In this document: piece by piece, positions 10,427 through 21,312 of the stretch
How positions within the stretch are numbered: the first letter of the stretch is position 1
How the letters are laid out: each line of letters begins with the position of its first letter
NCBI GenBank assembly: GCA_963734545.1
Contig: CAVTHO010000008.1
Span: 544,001-608,000 of the forward strand
Origin: an uncultured Spirochaetota bacterium
GTDB taxonomy: Bacteria > Spirochaetota > Spirochaetia > SZUA-6 > Fen-1364
Direction of reading: 5' to 3'
DNA length: 64,000 nucleotides
Position numbers and translations under genes: made by a program
The notes under the pieces: model-generated
Database searches by the model: none
Told to the model about the DNA's origin: nothing
Seen by the model: only the letters and a program-made list of their open reading frames with translations

Positions 10427-10777
10427 CTACTTCTTGCCCTTCAGGAAAGTGAACACAAACCCGAGAACGGCGATTCCGATGTTGATGATGTTCGGGAGCG
10501 CGCCATTGTTGAGCGCAACCCCGGCGATGTTCTGCACGCCGGCCGCGCCGAGTATTCCCACCAGGCCGTTGAGGCCGGCGATGATCGGCACGCCCACCTT
10601 CTGCGCACTTTCCGGGGCGCCGAACCCGAGAGCGCCCATCGCGGCCCCTGACACGAGGTTGAAGATATTGCCCGGGGTTCCGGTGCCGACAGCCGAGGAC
10701 ACGCCGCCGGACGCGGTGCCGAGAAGACCGAGGACGCCCTGCGCGGCGCCGAGGAGTCCAGTCAAGGTCTTGTTCAT
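10427..10777 (-). CDS. Small Gly-rich membrane protein (DUF4383-like)
   Basis: AAGGAG RBS; 116 aa with about four hydrophobic Gly/Ala/Leu segments. Confidence 0.65.
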   Translation of the reverse strand: MNKTLTGLLGAAQGVLGLLGTASGGVSSAVGTGTPGNIFNLVSGAAMGALGFGAPESAQKVGVPIIAGLNGLVGILGAAGVQNIAGVALNNGALPNIINIGIAVLGFVFTFLKGKK

Positions 10778-10830
10778 GCTCTGTTTCTCCTTCTCCGTTT
10801 TATCTTTGGCCCAAGCCCTTCCTGCAACAA

Positions 10831-10859
10831 GGCCGCTGCCGGGAACCCCGGCAGCGGCC
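10831..10859 (-). terminator. Hairpin after DUF4332 gene
   Basis: GGCCGCTGCCGGG-AAC-CCCGGCAGCGGCC perfect 13-bp stem. Confidence 0.6.
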
Positions 10860-10866
10860 CGCGTGA

Positions 10867-11283
10867 TCAGTACGTAATGGCCGGCTTCAGCTTCTTCGCC
10901 TCGGCGATCCAGGTCTGCGCCCGCTTCAGCCCGGGCACCGCGCGGACCAGTCTCCGGCCGCCTGCCTCATTGGCCTTCTTCAAGCTGGCCACCAGGTTCG
11001 CCGCATTGCGTGTCCGCAGCTCCTTCACCGTATCAACGCCCGCTTTTTCCAGCAGCTCCGAGTACTGCGTGCCGATTCCGTTGATGCGGAAAAGGTCTGC
11101 CAGGTTGACCCACTTGAGGATGAGGGACTCGCTGACGCCCGTGCGTTCCGCCAGCTCCTTCCGTCCCTTGGGGGTTCCGCCCTTCTGCAGCAGGCCCCGC
11201 GTGGTCTTGATTTTTGCCACATCCATTTTCCGGCTGTAGGCAGGACCGATTCCTTCGAGGTCGATCAATCTGTAACTTGGCAT
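10867..11283 (-). CDS. DUF4332 helix-hairpin-helix protein
   Basis: LEGIGPAY, ADLFRINGIGTQYSELLEKAGVDTV; GGAGG RBS. Confidence 0.88.
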   Translation of the reverse strand: MPSYRLIDLEGIGPAYSRKMDVAKIKTTRGLLQKGGTPKGRKELAERTGVSESLILKWVNLADLFRINGIGTQYSELLEKAGVDTVKELRTRNAANLVASLKKANEAGGRRLVRAVPGLKRAQTWIAEAKKLKPAITY

Positions 11284-11430
11284 GCATGCACCTCCCTATC
11301 GTGAATTCGTTCATGATACGCCCGGACAGAAGGAAACGCAAGAATTATGTTTTCGGGTTGCCAGAATGGGCAATCGCTTCTATAGTAAGTCGATGGTCCA
11401 GGAGCGCGCTTCCTGGAGAGGAGAGGTCAC

Positions 11431-12999
<1,569 letters not shown>

Positions 13000-13031
13000 G
13001 CGCGGTCGCGCGGGGCGCGCATCGCGCCCGG

Positions 13032-14081
13032 TCAGGCGGGTATCGATCCACGGCGCTCCGCCTGCCCCGACCATTCGGCTGACCACGCATCGAGGACATG
13101 CTCGGCGTCCTCGTGAGTGCGCGTCCGCATGATCGCATCCACGAGCTTGCCCGCGCCTTCGAACGCCCGCACGTAGGTCTTCACGAATTTCTTGAGCACA
13201 TCGAAGCTCTTCGACGTTCCCCACGTCTCGCGATGCAGGGCGAGATGGCGGCGAAAATGGGCGATCTTCTCCGTCCTGTCCAGCCGGGAAAATTCGATCG
13301 ATGAATCGGCACCGGCCAGGGCGCTGCGAATGGCCCGGAAGAGAAAAAGGTTCTCGAAAATACCCCTGCCGATCATCACGCCATCCGCGCCGGTTTCCCG
13401 CACCCGGCGCAGAAAAGCCGCGGGTGTCCTGACGTCACCGTTGCCGATGATGCGCGTCGGCAGCCCCGCCTGGTCGCGCAGGCGCACCGCGAGCGCCACC
13501 GTGCTCCAGTCCGCCTCTCCCTCGGACTGCTGGGCCACCGTCCTCCCGTGCACGGTCAGAGCGCTGATCCCCTGCGCGAGCAGGAAGCCCAGCCACTCCT
13601 CCGCCCTGGACCGCACGACGCCGATCCGCGTCTTGACGCTCACCGGCAGATCCCCGGCGCCCTCCCTGGCCGCGGCGATCAGCTCCCCGGCAAGCGAAGG
13701 ATTGTTGATGAGAGCGCCGCAGGCGCCCCTGCTGGTGATCTTCTTCACAGGACAGCCCATGTTGATGTCCAGGCCGTCGAAGCCCATTCCCCGGACTTCC
13801 GCGGCAACACGTCGGTAACGGTCCGGTACATTGCCCCAGATCTGCGCAACGATCGGCCGCTCATCCGCCTCGAATCTCAAGCGGTTGATCACCCGCGGCC
13901 GTCCCTCGGTGCACAGCCCATCCGTGCTCGTGAACTCGGTGACGACCACATCCGGTGACCCTGCCTCGCGCACGATCCGCCTGAATACCGTGTCCGTCAC
14001 GTCCTCCATGGGAGCCAGAACCGAGAACGGCCGGGGCAGAGAGCTCCACAGGTTCCTGGGCCTGGCGGGTGCGTTGTCCAT
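13032..14081 (-). CDS. dus: tRNA-dihydrouridine synthase
   Basis: LAPMEDVTD, DINMGCP, SVKTRIG, HGRT, GNGD, GVMIGRG. Confidence 0.92.
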   Translation of the reverse strand: MDNAPARPRNLWSSLPRPFSVLAPMEDVTDTVFRRIVREAGSPDVVVTEFTSTDGLCTEGRPRVINRLRFEADERPIVAQIWGNVPDRYRRVAAEVRGMGFDGLDINMGCPVKKITSRGACGALINNPSLAGELIAAAREGAGDLPVSVKTRIGVVRSRAEEWLGFLLAQGISALTVHGRTVAQQSEGEADWSTVALAVRLRDQAGLPTRIIGNGDVRTPAAFLRRVRETGADGVMIGRGIFENLFLFRAIRSALAGADSSIEFSRLDRTEKIAHFRRHLALHRETWGTSKSFDVLKKFVKTYVRAFEGAGKLVDAIMRTRTHEDAEHVLDAWSAEWSGQAERRGSIPA

Positions 14082-14172
14082 GGCAGTGAGAATATACCGA
14101 TCCGTTTCGTGAATGGAAAACCAGGTACTTCCGCCGAGGGTCCGGGCCGCTCGTGCCGCCGGGCGCTTTCCC

Positions 14173-16914
14173 TCAGAGCTTCAGCTTCAGGGTCAGCACC
14201 TCGAAAGGGCGCACCGAGAAGGACACGCTCAGCGAGTCCCTGGAGCGTGCCGCGGGAAGGTCCTGCTGCTCATCCTCCAGCAGGGAGCAGCGGACAACTC
14301 TGGGCGCGGCCGACCCGTCAGGAATCCGAAAGCGCAGCGTCCGGTTTCCGCCGCGGCCCGTCGGTTCCTGGAGCCTGAGAATGATGCCATCCCCTGCCTC
14401 GGAATGCTTGAGCGTCACTGTCTGCAGGCCCTTCGCCGGTGCGTCTAGGAGCCCGCGGGCCAGCAGCTCATTCTGGGGCATCGCGCCTCCTGTGGCGCCG
14501 GAAGTCCCCACCGGGAGACAGGCGGGGGGTTGGAGCGCCGCGGATGCGTGCTCCCATGAGCGCGTCCGGCGCCAGCCCCCTTCGTGCGGTATGAGCCGGT
14601 ACCGAAAGGTAAAGGCGCCGCCGATCCACTGCGGGAAATTGGTGCCCCACTGGGTATTGAAGAGATTGAAGTACAGCGTCGGTGCACCGGGAGCGGCGGA
14701 ACCGTCGAACCTCTCAACTGCCACGGACCCGATGGAAAAGAGCGGGCTGTCGTACGGAACCACCAGGAGGCCCGCGGCCCCGTCCCCGACATCGACCCAA
14801 CGGTCGCAGCAGTGCAGCAGACGGTTCGCATCTCGGGCGATGTCGGTGGCCGGATCCATGACGCTCCCGGTCCTGTTGATCGCATAGCGCGCCTTTTCCG
14901 CCTTCAACGGAAAGACGACGTGGCCCGATTCCAGGAGCGGGCATTCCTCCTTGCCCTCCAGCCGGATGTCCATGTCCACCCATGGGTGGTCATCGAACAG
15001 GGTGATCCTCTGCACGACGCTGGCCGCGTTGCCCAGATCGGTGATGCTCTCCTGGTCGTAACGCCACAGGAGGCGCAGGCGCGTCCAGCCTGTACCGCTC
15101 TCTGTTTCAACGCCTGCAAGCTCTCCGGAAAAAGTCCGATGCGCCCCATCGGGATATCCCGGCTTTCCAAAGTCATCCAGGTACCACGACGCGAGATCGT
15201 ACGCATAGCTCTTGAGATAGGCGACGATCTCCCTTCGTGAGAAGAGGTCGTAGCGGAAACCGCCGAAAGGGATGCCCTGCTTCGCATCGGCCCAGTTGCG
15301 GTCCGTGGCGCGGTCGATCAGCGCGGTCATCCCGGCCGAGGCGCTCACCTCCACGCGGAGCTTTCCATTGTCGAGCACCAGGCGCCTGCTCGTCCCGCGA
15401 CGGCGTCCGGCGCGCTCCAGGTGCGGTTCTTCCTCTTGCCCCGCTTCAACTCGCAGGATTGTCGCGGAGAGCGGAGGCAGGTCCGTCAGGGTCACCCAGG
15501 CGGCCCCGTCGAGTACCATCGTATGGAGTGTTGCCTCCCCCGGTTCCCGCACAACCTTGACTGGACGGTTGAACCTGCCCAGCCGCATGAGGCCGTTCCA
15601 TTGCCAGAGCTGGTGATTCACCGCCGCGAAACGCGCGGGAAGAGTTGTCGGCGCACCCGGCTCCGTGCCGGCCAGAATGGACTCGGCGCGGAGAAGGTGC
15701 TCCTCCGCTTCCTGCACGAACCGGGCCTTGTCGCTCCAGGAACGACGTATCCGGTCGTACTTTCCGGATGCAAGGACGTTTCGAAAGAGGGTCTTGTCAT
15801 AGACCCTGCCTCCGAACTCGTGCGGGTTGAGGGCGAGCTTCGTGTCCATGCCCCACGTATGCTCGCCGAACAGGAGGATGCGCTCATAGGCGCCCGAGAG
15901 GGCCGTGCGGAGATCCCCTGCCGGCGGCACCTTCTCCCGCCGGGCAAGGCCGATGATGGCGTCCGCGCTTTCCACGGAAACCAGCCTGGTGCGCATGCTG
16001 CGGAGCCGTGCAACCTCTGCCGGCATCGTCGCCACGCCGTGGATCCACGAATCAGCCAGGTCCTTGCGGACCACCGGGAGATCCGGCTGCAGCGCCGCGA
16101 GTGCCAGGGCGAAATCGTCGAGGCTCCCGACAGTGACCTCGGCACCGGGGTGTCGGTCCCGGGCCTCGGCGAGGACCTGCTCGACCGCGGCTGCACTCTG
16201 GGGTCCTGCGTTGTCCGAAGTGTGCTGCAGGGCGAGCCAGACCGGAAGCTTCCATCCAGGCGGCGGAAGGAGGCCCGTGCCGTACCCTCCCCGGGAATAC
16301 ATCGTGATGACGCGGGAGCCGTCAGGCCCCTCCCAGGTGAAGAGGTACGGCACGTCGGGGGGAGTCGAGCAGGGATTGCAGCCGAGATGGAGAAAGCGGA
16401 CACCGGCCGCGGCGAGCAGAGTCGGAAGGATCCAGGTATGGCCGGGCACGTCGGTCATCTTGGCGGCGACCGCGCGGCGGCCGAACCGTTCTCCCAGCGC
16501 GCGGCCCGTGTAGAGGCCGCGGATGAGGTCTTCCAGGCCGAAGAGCTCCGTGTGGGTGCTGAAGGGAAGCGCGTGCCATGCGATCCTCCCTTCCGCAACG
16601 AGCTTCTCCAACTCCTCGCCGAGCGGGCTTCCGTGCAGCCGCGCCAGGGAATCAGTCAGGGGCCAGGCGGGAAGGGTCCACGCGAAGCGGTGTCCGGGCG
16701 CTCCCCGGCTCTCTCGACAGGCGTCCATTGCGCGCGGGATCATGACCCGGGCATAGGAGTCCAGCACCTCCTCGACCAGACCGGTAAAGCCGACATCGAC
16801 GTGGGTCTTGAAAACGACGAAGATCTTCTGGAGCCCGCCGCCGCTCCTGGCGGCATTCGGGCGGCCGCTCGTGGCGGCATTCGGGCGGCCGCTCCTGGCG
16901 GCATTCTTGCTCAT
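14173..16914 (-). CDS. GH38-like (DUF5054-type) glycoside hydrolase
   Basis: True start ATG 16914 (ATGA overlap with permease); FKTHVDVGFT, TDVPGHTW, EHTWG, FNTQWGTNF, C-terminal GH38 beta-sandwich RPFEVLTL. Confidence 0.8.
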   Translation of the reverse strand: MSKNAARSGRPNAATSGRPNAARSGGGLQKIFVVFKTHVDVGFTGLVEEVLDSYARVMIPRAMDACRESRGAPGHRFAWTLPAWPLTDSLARLHGSPLGEELEKLVAEGRIAWHALPFSTHTELFGLEDLIRGLYTGRALGERFGRRAVAAKMTDVPGHTWILPTLLAAAGVRFLHLGCNPCSTPPDVPYLFTWEGPDGSRVITMYSRGGYGTGLLPPPGWKLPVWLALQHTSDNAGPQSAAAVEQVLAEARDRHPGAEVTVGSLDDFALALAALQPDLPVVRKDLADSWIHGVATMPAEVARLRSMRTRLVSVESADAIIGLARREKVPPAGDLRTALSGAYERILLFGEHTWGMDTKLALNPHEFGGRVYDKTLFRNVLASGKYDRIRRSWSDKARFVQEAEEHLLRAESILAGTEPGAPTTLPARFAAVNHQLWQWNGLMRLGRFNRPVKVVREPGEATLHTMVLDGAAWVTLTDLPPLSATILRVEAGQEEEPHLERAGRRRGTSRRLVLDNGKLRVEVSASAGMTALIDRATDRNWADAKQGIPFGGFRYDLFSRREIVAYLKSYAYDLASWYLDDFGKPGYPDGAHRTFSGELAGVETESGTGWTRLRLLWRYDQESITDLGNAASVVQRITLFDDHPWVDMDIRLEGKEECPLLESGHVVFPLKAEKARYAINRTGSVMDPATDIARDANRLLHCCDRWVDVGDGAAGLLVVPYDSPLFSIGSVAVERFDGSAAPGAPTLYFNLFNTQWGTNFPQWIGGAFTFRYRLIPHEGGWRRTRSWEHASAALQPPACLPVGTSGATGGAMPQNELLARGLLDAPAKGLQTVTLKHSEAGDGIILRLQEPTGRGGNRTLRFRIPDGSAAPRVVRCSLLEDEQQDLPAARSRDSLSVSFSVRPFEVLTLKLKL
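16841..16906. repeat. In-frame 24-bp tandem repeat (~2.75 copies) at start of GH38-like gene
   Basis: CCGCTC(C/G)TGGCGGCATTCGGGCGG units encode NAARSGRP/NAATSGRP. Confidence 0.85.
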
Positions 16915-17765
16915 CCCTTCACGGCCCCGGCCGTGAGCCCCTGCACGAAGTATCTCTGCAGGATGAAAAAGACCAGGAGCGGAATCGACATGGAGATGAA
17001 GGCGCCGGACGCCAGGAGATTCCACTCGGAGCCGTATTGCCCGAGAAGGCTCTGGATGGCGACCGTCAGGGGGAACTTCTTCAGATCCTGGAGCAGAACC
17101 AGGGCGTTCATCAGGTCGTTCCAGACCCACACGAACTGGAAGATCCCCAGCGAGGCGAGCGCGGGAACCGAGAGCGGCAGGACGATGGAGCGGAAAATCC
17201 CGTACTCGGTCTGCCCGTCGATCTTCGCCGCCTCGAAGAGCTCGCGCGGGATCTCCGAGAAGAAGTTGCGCAGGAGCAGGATCGCAAAGGGCAGGCCGTA
17301 GGCGGTGTGCGCAAGCCAGATGGCCGGGAAATGGCCCGTCAGGCCGAGCTTGCTGTGCATGCGAAGCACCGGCACCCAGGTCGCCTGGAGAGGCAGCACG
17401 AGGAGGGCCACAATTGCCAGATAGACTGCGTTTCTCCCTCGAAAGCGCAGCCATGAGAACGAATAGGCGGCGAGCGCGCCGATCAGGATCGGCAGCACCG
17501 TCGATGGCACCGTGATGATGAAGCTGTTGACGAAGTTCATGAAGAAGTGCCGGGCCGTGAGAACGTTGAGGTAGTTGTCGAGGGTGAACCTCGGCTCGGA
17601 CAGGATCCTCCACCACCCGCTCGTCGCGATGTCGGCCTGGGGACGGAGCGAGGTGACTGCCAGGCCCAATGTCGGCACCAGCCACGCAAGGGCGATCAGG
17701 ATTGCGAGAACGGTCCGTATGATGTTCCCGGACGGCCCGGATGCCGCGGTCTCCAGTCTCTTCAT
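16911..17765 (-). CDS. Carbohydrate ABC transporter permease (MalG/AglG-like)
   Basis: EAA motif ELFEAAKIDG, FVWVWNDL, FVQGLTAGAVKG. Confidence 0.92.
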   Translation of the reverse strand: MKRLETAASGPSGNIIRTVLAILIALAWLVPTLGLAVTSLRPQADIATSGWWRILSEPRFTLDNYLNVLTARHFFMNFVNSFIITVPSTVLPILIGALAAYSFSWLRFRGRNAVYLAIVALLVLPLQATWVPVLRMHSKLGLTGHFPAIWLAHTAYGLPFAILLLRNFFSEIPRELFEAAKIDGQTEYGIFRSIVLPLSVPALASLGIFQFVWVWNDLMNALVLLQDLKKFPLTVAIQSLLGQYGSEWNLLASGAFISMSIPLLVFFILQRYFVQGLTAGAVKG

Positions 17766-18670
17766 TTTCCACTCTCCTGGCGGCGGTTGCGCCTGACCTG
17801 GATCACCATGAGCGGCGCGAGCAGGACGAGCATGAGAATCGCCACGGCGCTCCCGTATCCGACCAGGTTGTTGTTGAAGACTTCCCAGTAGTACGTGAAG
17901 CCGATCACCCGGCTTGTTCCGGCGGGCCCTCCCGCGGTCATCACGAGCACGAGGTCGACCATCTTGAGGCCGTTGATGACCATCGTAATGGAAACGAAGC
18001 TGATCGGCTGCGCGAGCATCGGCAGGCTGATGCGCCAGAAGGTCTTCCACGGGCTCGCTCCATCCACCCGCGCTGCCTCGAGTATCTGCGTGTCGATGGA
18101 CTTGTAGGCCGCGGAGAGGACGGTCATCGACAACCCCGTCCAGATCCACACGCCGGTGGCGATGAGCGCGTAGTTCACCACCTCGCTCGTGCCCAGCCAC
18201 GCCACGGGAGTGAATCCGCGAATCAGCGTCTTCAGGATGGCGTTGAAGAGACCAATTGAAGCATCGGGGCTGAACAGGAACCGGGCGATGACCGCCGCCG
18301 CGGTTGCCGAGATCACCATGGGGAGGAACACGGCGGACTTGACGATCCTCTCGATCCGTATGCCGTTGGCAAGCACCGCGATGAGGAGCCCGAAAACGAG
18401 CGTTCCTCCCGAGAAGAGGATCAGCCACAGGACATTGTTGACGAGCGCTCCCGACGGCGGCCAGCGCGTCAGCTTCAGGAACAGGGAGTCATGCGTGAGG
18501 AGCTGGACGTAGTTGCGAAGCCCGACGAGGCGCGTCGGGTTGAACCCCGCCCCGCCGAAGAAGCTGAGGCGGAAAGTCTGGATGGTCGGGTACACGAGAT
18601 AGGCGGCAATGAGAATCAATGCGGGCAGGACGAACAGCCACGCCCGCAGCTGCGCTCCACGTTCTTTCAT
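17762..18670 (-). CDS. Carbohydrate ABC transporter permease (MalF/AglF-like)
   Basis: EAARVDGA motif, FLPMVIS, multiple TM segments. Confidence 0.92.
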   Translation of the reverse strand: MKERGAQLRAWLFVLPALILIAAYLVYPTIQTFRLSFFGGAGFNPTRLVGLRNYVQLLTHDSLFLKLTRWPPSGALVNNVLWLILFSGGTLVFGLLIAVLANGIRIERIVKSAVFLPMVISATAAAVIARFLFSPDASIGLFNAILKTLIRGFTPVAWLGTSEVVNYALIATGVWIWTGLSMTVLSAAYKSIDTQILEAARVDGASPWKTFWRISLPMLAQPISFVSITMVINGLKMVDLVLVMTAGGPAGTSRVIGFTYYWEVFNNNLVGYGSAVAILMLVLLAPLMVIQVRRNRRQESGK

Positions 18671-18694
18671 GGTCCCTCCGGCGCATCAAGAAAA

Positions 18695-18721
18695 CGGGCA
18701 GCCGTATTCCACGGCTGCCCG
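18695..18721 (-). terminator. Intra-operon hairpin after the solute-binding gene
   Basis: CGGGCAGCCGT-ATTCC-ACGGCTGCCCG followed by a U-tract on the minus strand. Confidence 0.6.
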
Positions 18722-18741
18722 CAAACTCGAGCACAAACTGA

Positions 18742-20037
18742 TCAATACGAGCGCGCCGCAACTTCCTCCAGGGAATTGAGCGCATCCATGTAATTCTCGG
18801 GATCCTTGATGATGTTCTGCAGCGCGGTGAACTCCGCGTCGCCTCCCACCGCAGCGGGCGCGAGGTCCGAGCCGTCGAAGACGAAGATCGCGGCCTGCGT
18901 GAGCTGCTTCGCCTCCTTTGCCGTGAGAACGGGATACACGGAGAGGCTGACCTGCTTGTTCGGGGAAACGACCGCACCTTTCTTGGCCGAAGCCCAGATG
19001 GTGTTCCCCTGCTTGCCGGCGAGCCAGCGCATCAGCTTGGTGACCTCGGGGCTGCTCGTGAACACCACCGCGAGGTCCCCGCCGCCGACAACAGGCTTGC
19101 CGTACTGCGGATCGATTGACGGGAACTCGAAGAAGTCATAGTCCTTGCCCGGCACGAGCTTGGGGAAGTTCTGCTTGGCGAAGGAGCTCATGAACCCGCC
19201 TTCGTAATACAGCTCGGCGGCCGGGTTCGGCCGGAGGACCAGGTTGAAGCCGTCGATGAACCCGGTGGAGAGGGTGCCCGAGACTCCGCCTGCGAGCTTC
19301 TGGTCCTGCGGCGTGAAGACCTGGATGAACTTCTGGATTGCCTCCACGACGGACGGGTCCGTCCACGGTACCTCGTGGGTCACATGGAGCTTCATGTACA
19401 TGTCGGGACCGGCCATGCGGACATAGATGTTTTCAAACCAGTCCGTAAGCGTCCAGCCGTCCTGCGCCCCGATCGACAGCGGTGTTTTTCCCGCCGCGAT
19501 GTACTTGTCCTCCAGCGCAAGGAGATCGTCCCAGGTATTCGGAACCTTGGCGCCTATTGCCCGCAGCGATGCCGGCTTGTACCAGAACGTGCTCTTGGAA
19601 TTGGCCTTTGCCGTCAGGCCGAAGAACTTGCCGTCCACCGTGCCCAGGTCGATCCACGCCTTGCTGTAGTTGGCGTTCAGCAGGCTGGTGGGAATGATGT
19701 CGTTCGCCATTCCCTGGCTTAAGGGGAGAATCGAGCCCCCGCGGGCATACGCGGCAACCTCGCCCGGCCTCGGAACGAACGCGACGTCAGGCGCGTTGTT
19801 GGCGGCCACGCGCGTCTTCAGGACCACCGTGGATTCGCGGTTGCCTTCGTAGCTGTACTTTACTCCCGACTGCTTGGTGAAGGCGTCCAGGACTGCCCGG
19901 AAACCCGCCTCCTCGTCCCCGCCCCAGTTGGCGAGGATCGTCACTGTTTTTGACTGGGCCGCCGCCTGCTGGGTTCCCGTCGCGAACAGGAAGCCGAAGA
20001 CCAGGAGCGGCATCAGAACAATCACCATCCGTCTCAT
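18742..20037 (-). CDS. Sugar ABC solute-binding protein (AglE/GgtB-like)
   Basis: Signal peptide; KSTFWY, DGWTLTDWFENIYVR, GGGDLAV, FDGSDL motifs of alpha-glucoside SBPs. Confidence 0.88.
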   Translation of the reverse strand: MRRMVIVLMPLLVFGFLFATGTQQAAAQSKTVTILANWGGDEEAGFRAVLDAFTKQSGVKYSYEGNRESTVVLKTRVAANNAPDVAFVPRPGEVAAYARGGSILPLSQGMANDIIPTSLLNANYSKAWIDLGTVDGKFFGLTAKANSKSTFWYKPASLRAIGAKVPNTWDDLLALEDKYIAAGKTPLSIGAQDGWTLTDWFENIYVRMAGPDMYMKLHVTHEVPWTDPSVVEAIQKFIQVFTPQDQKLAGGVSGTLSTGFIDGFNLVLRPNPAAELYYEGGFMSSFAKQNFPKLVPGKDYDFFEFPSIDPQYGKPVVGGGDLAVVFTSSPEVTKLMRWLAGKQGNTIWASAKKGAVVSPNKQVSLSVYPVLTAKEAKQLTQAAIFVFDGSDLAPAAVGGDAEFTALQNIIKDPENYMDALNSLEEVAARSY

Positions 20038-20444
20038 GAGTACACCTCCTCGGACTGTCTCTTTTTCCAGTTCGACGAACTGGCGTGTGGCCTGTGAGTG
20101 TGCGGAACGCGCCGCCTCGTGAATGACGAGGCGCGCAGGACGAGCTGCAACGCGCGGAGATTGCGGAGAAGGATGGAGTTGCAGGCGATGTGGTGATAGG
20201 ACCGGGTGTAGACGAGTGCGATGTTCTCGGTCTTGCGCTGGGCGAGCGCCTTCCCCGAGGCGTTGGGGAAGTAGCCGAGCGCGCGCGCCGCCTTGAGCAC
20301 CCGGGCCCGGGTCACCGCGCTGATCTTTGCATCGACGACGTCATTCATCACGAACGAGACAGTCGTGCGCGACACGCGGGCCCTGCGCGCCACGTCGAAG
20401 CTCGTGATGGTCTTCTTGCCCCTGAGCAGCTTCGTCTGTCTCAA
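20034..20444 (-). CDS. Truncated LacI-family regulator (HTH and hinge retained, effector domain internally deleted)
   Basis: DVARRARVSRTTVSFVMN...ALGYFPNASGKAL, then a jump to the LacI C-terminal-like LQLVLRAS; only 136 aa. Confidence 0.75.
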   Translation of the reverse strand: MRQTKLLRGKKTITSFDVARRARVSRTTVSFVMNDVVDAKISAVTRARVLKAARALGYFPNASGKALAQRKTENIALVYTRSYHHIACNSILLRNLRALQLVLRASSFTRRRVPHTHRPHASSSNWKKRQSEEVYS

Positions 20445-20469
20445 CTGCGCCTTCGTCGCTTTCCCTCTT

Positions 20470-20527
20470 TTACTAACACGTGTCAGTAACGTAAAAACAG
20501 GCTATCGCGTTCTCATGCAGCTGTCAA
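20470..20527 (-). promoter_or_regulatory. Promoter with near-perfect LacI operator palindrome
   Basis: Minus-strand TTGACA-17bp-TAGCCT; TTACTAACACGTGTCAGTAA at 20470-20489. Confidence 0.7.
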
Positions 20528-20608
20528 GTCCCTTGCGCGACGGAGAAGAGGGAAAAGGCTCACACCCTTTGAAGCAAAGCAGTCTGCGGGAGTGATGGAG
20601 GGGGAGTG

Positions 20609-20670
20609 TTGACAGTCGGCATTGCCAATGTTATGTTATGAATGGAAACGAAAAATACAAATATCGTTTT
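20609..20670 (+). promoter_or_regulatory. Promoter and probable TetR operator
   Basis: TTGACA at 20609, TATGTT -10 region; inverted repeat AAACGA-N12-TCGTTT at 20646-20669. Confidence 0.5.
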
Positions 20671-20682
20671 CTTAGGGACATA

Positions 20683-21312
20683 ATGAAAACAAAGATACCG
20701 GATAACGAAAAAAGGCGGAAGATTCTCGACCGTTCCCGATCGCTGTTCCTCAAGCGGGGGGTGAGCTCCCTCACCATGGAAGAGATCGCGTCGCTTCAGG
20801 GGATCAGCAAGAAGACGCTCTACAGGTACTTCCCCAACAAGAATGCCCTCGTCGCCGAGGCCATCGAAGAGAAGATCGCGGAAGTCGCGAACGGGATCGC
20901 CGGCATCGTGCGGATAGAGGATCTCTCCTTCCTGGAAAAGATCCGGGAGATCCTGCGCACCGTCTCCCGGCAGATGGCGGAGCTCGGGGAAGGCCTCGTG
21001 CGGGATCTCTACTACAACCAGCCGGAGCTCTGGGCAAAGATCGACCGCTACCGGCGGGAGCACGTATTCGTGATCATCGAAAGACTGCTCCGCGAAGGGG
21101 CAGAATCCGGGCTCATACGGCCCGACATCGATGGACGCCTGATCCCCGCGCTGTTTGTCACCACCATCAGCTCGGTCATGAGCCCGGAACAGTTCGTCAA
21201 AATGACCGTCTCTCCGGTCGAGTTCTTCGAAGCGGTCGTCAAAATCCTGTTTGGCGGGATACTGACGGACAAGGCGCGCCGGGAGTTCTTCCGGCAGGAG
21301 GATGCATCATGA
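20683..21312 (+). CDS. TetR/AcrR-family regulator
   Basis: TMEEIASLQGISKKTLYRYFPNK HTH. Confidence 0.9.
   Translation: MKTKIPDNEKRRKILDRSRSLFLKRGVSSLTMEEIASLQGISKKTLYRYFPNKNALVAEAIEEKIAEVANGIAGIVRIEDLSFLEKIREILRTVSRQMAELGEGLVRDLYYNQPELWAKIDRYRREHVFVIIERLLREGAESGLIRPDIDGRLIPALFVTTISSVMSPEQFVKMTVSPVEFFEAVVKILFGGILTDKARREFFRQEDAS

Noticed and set aside
10427-10777. Gly-rich bacteriocin or RiPP precursor
   Set aside because: No double-glycine leader, transporter or modifying enzymes adjacent; better explained as a small membrane protein
14173-17772. 1199-aa ORF as a single giant protein
   Set aside because: The N-terminal ~285 aa overlap the permease in another frame; the real start is ATG 16914
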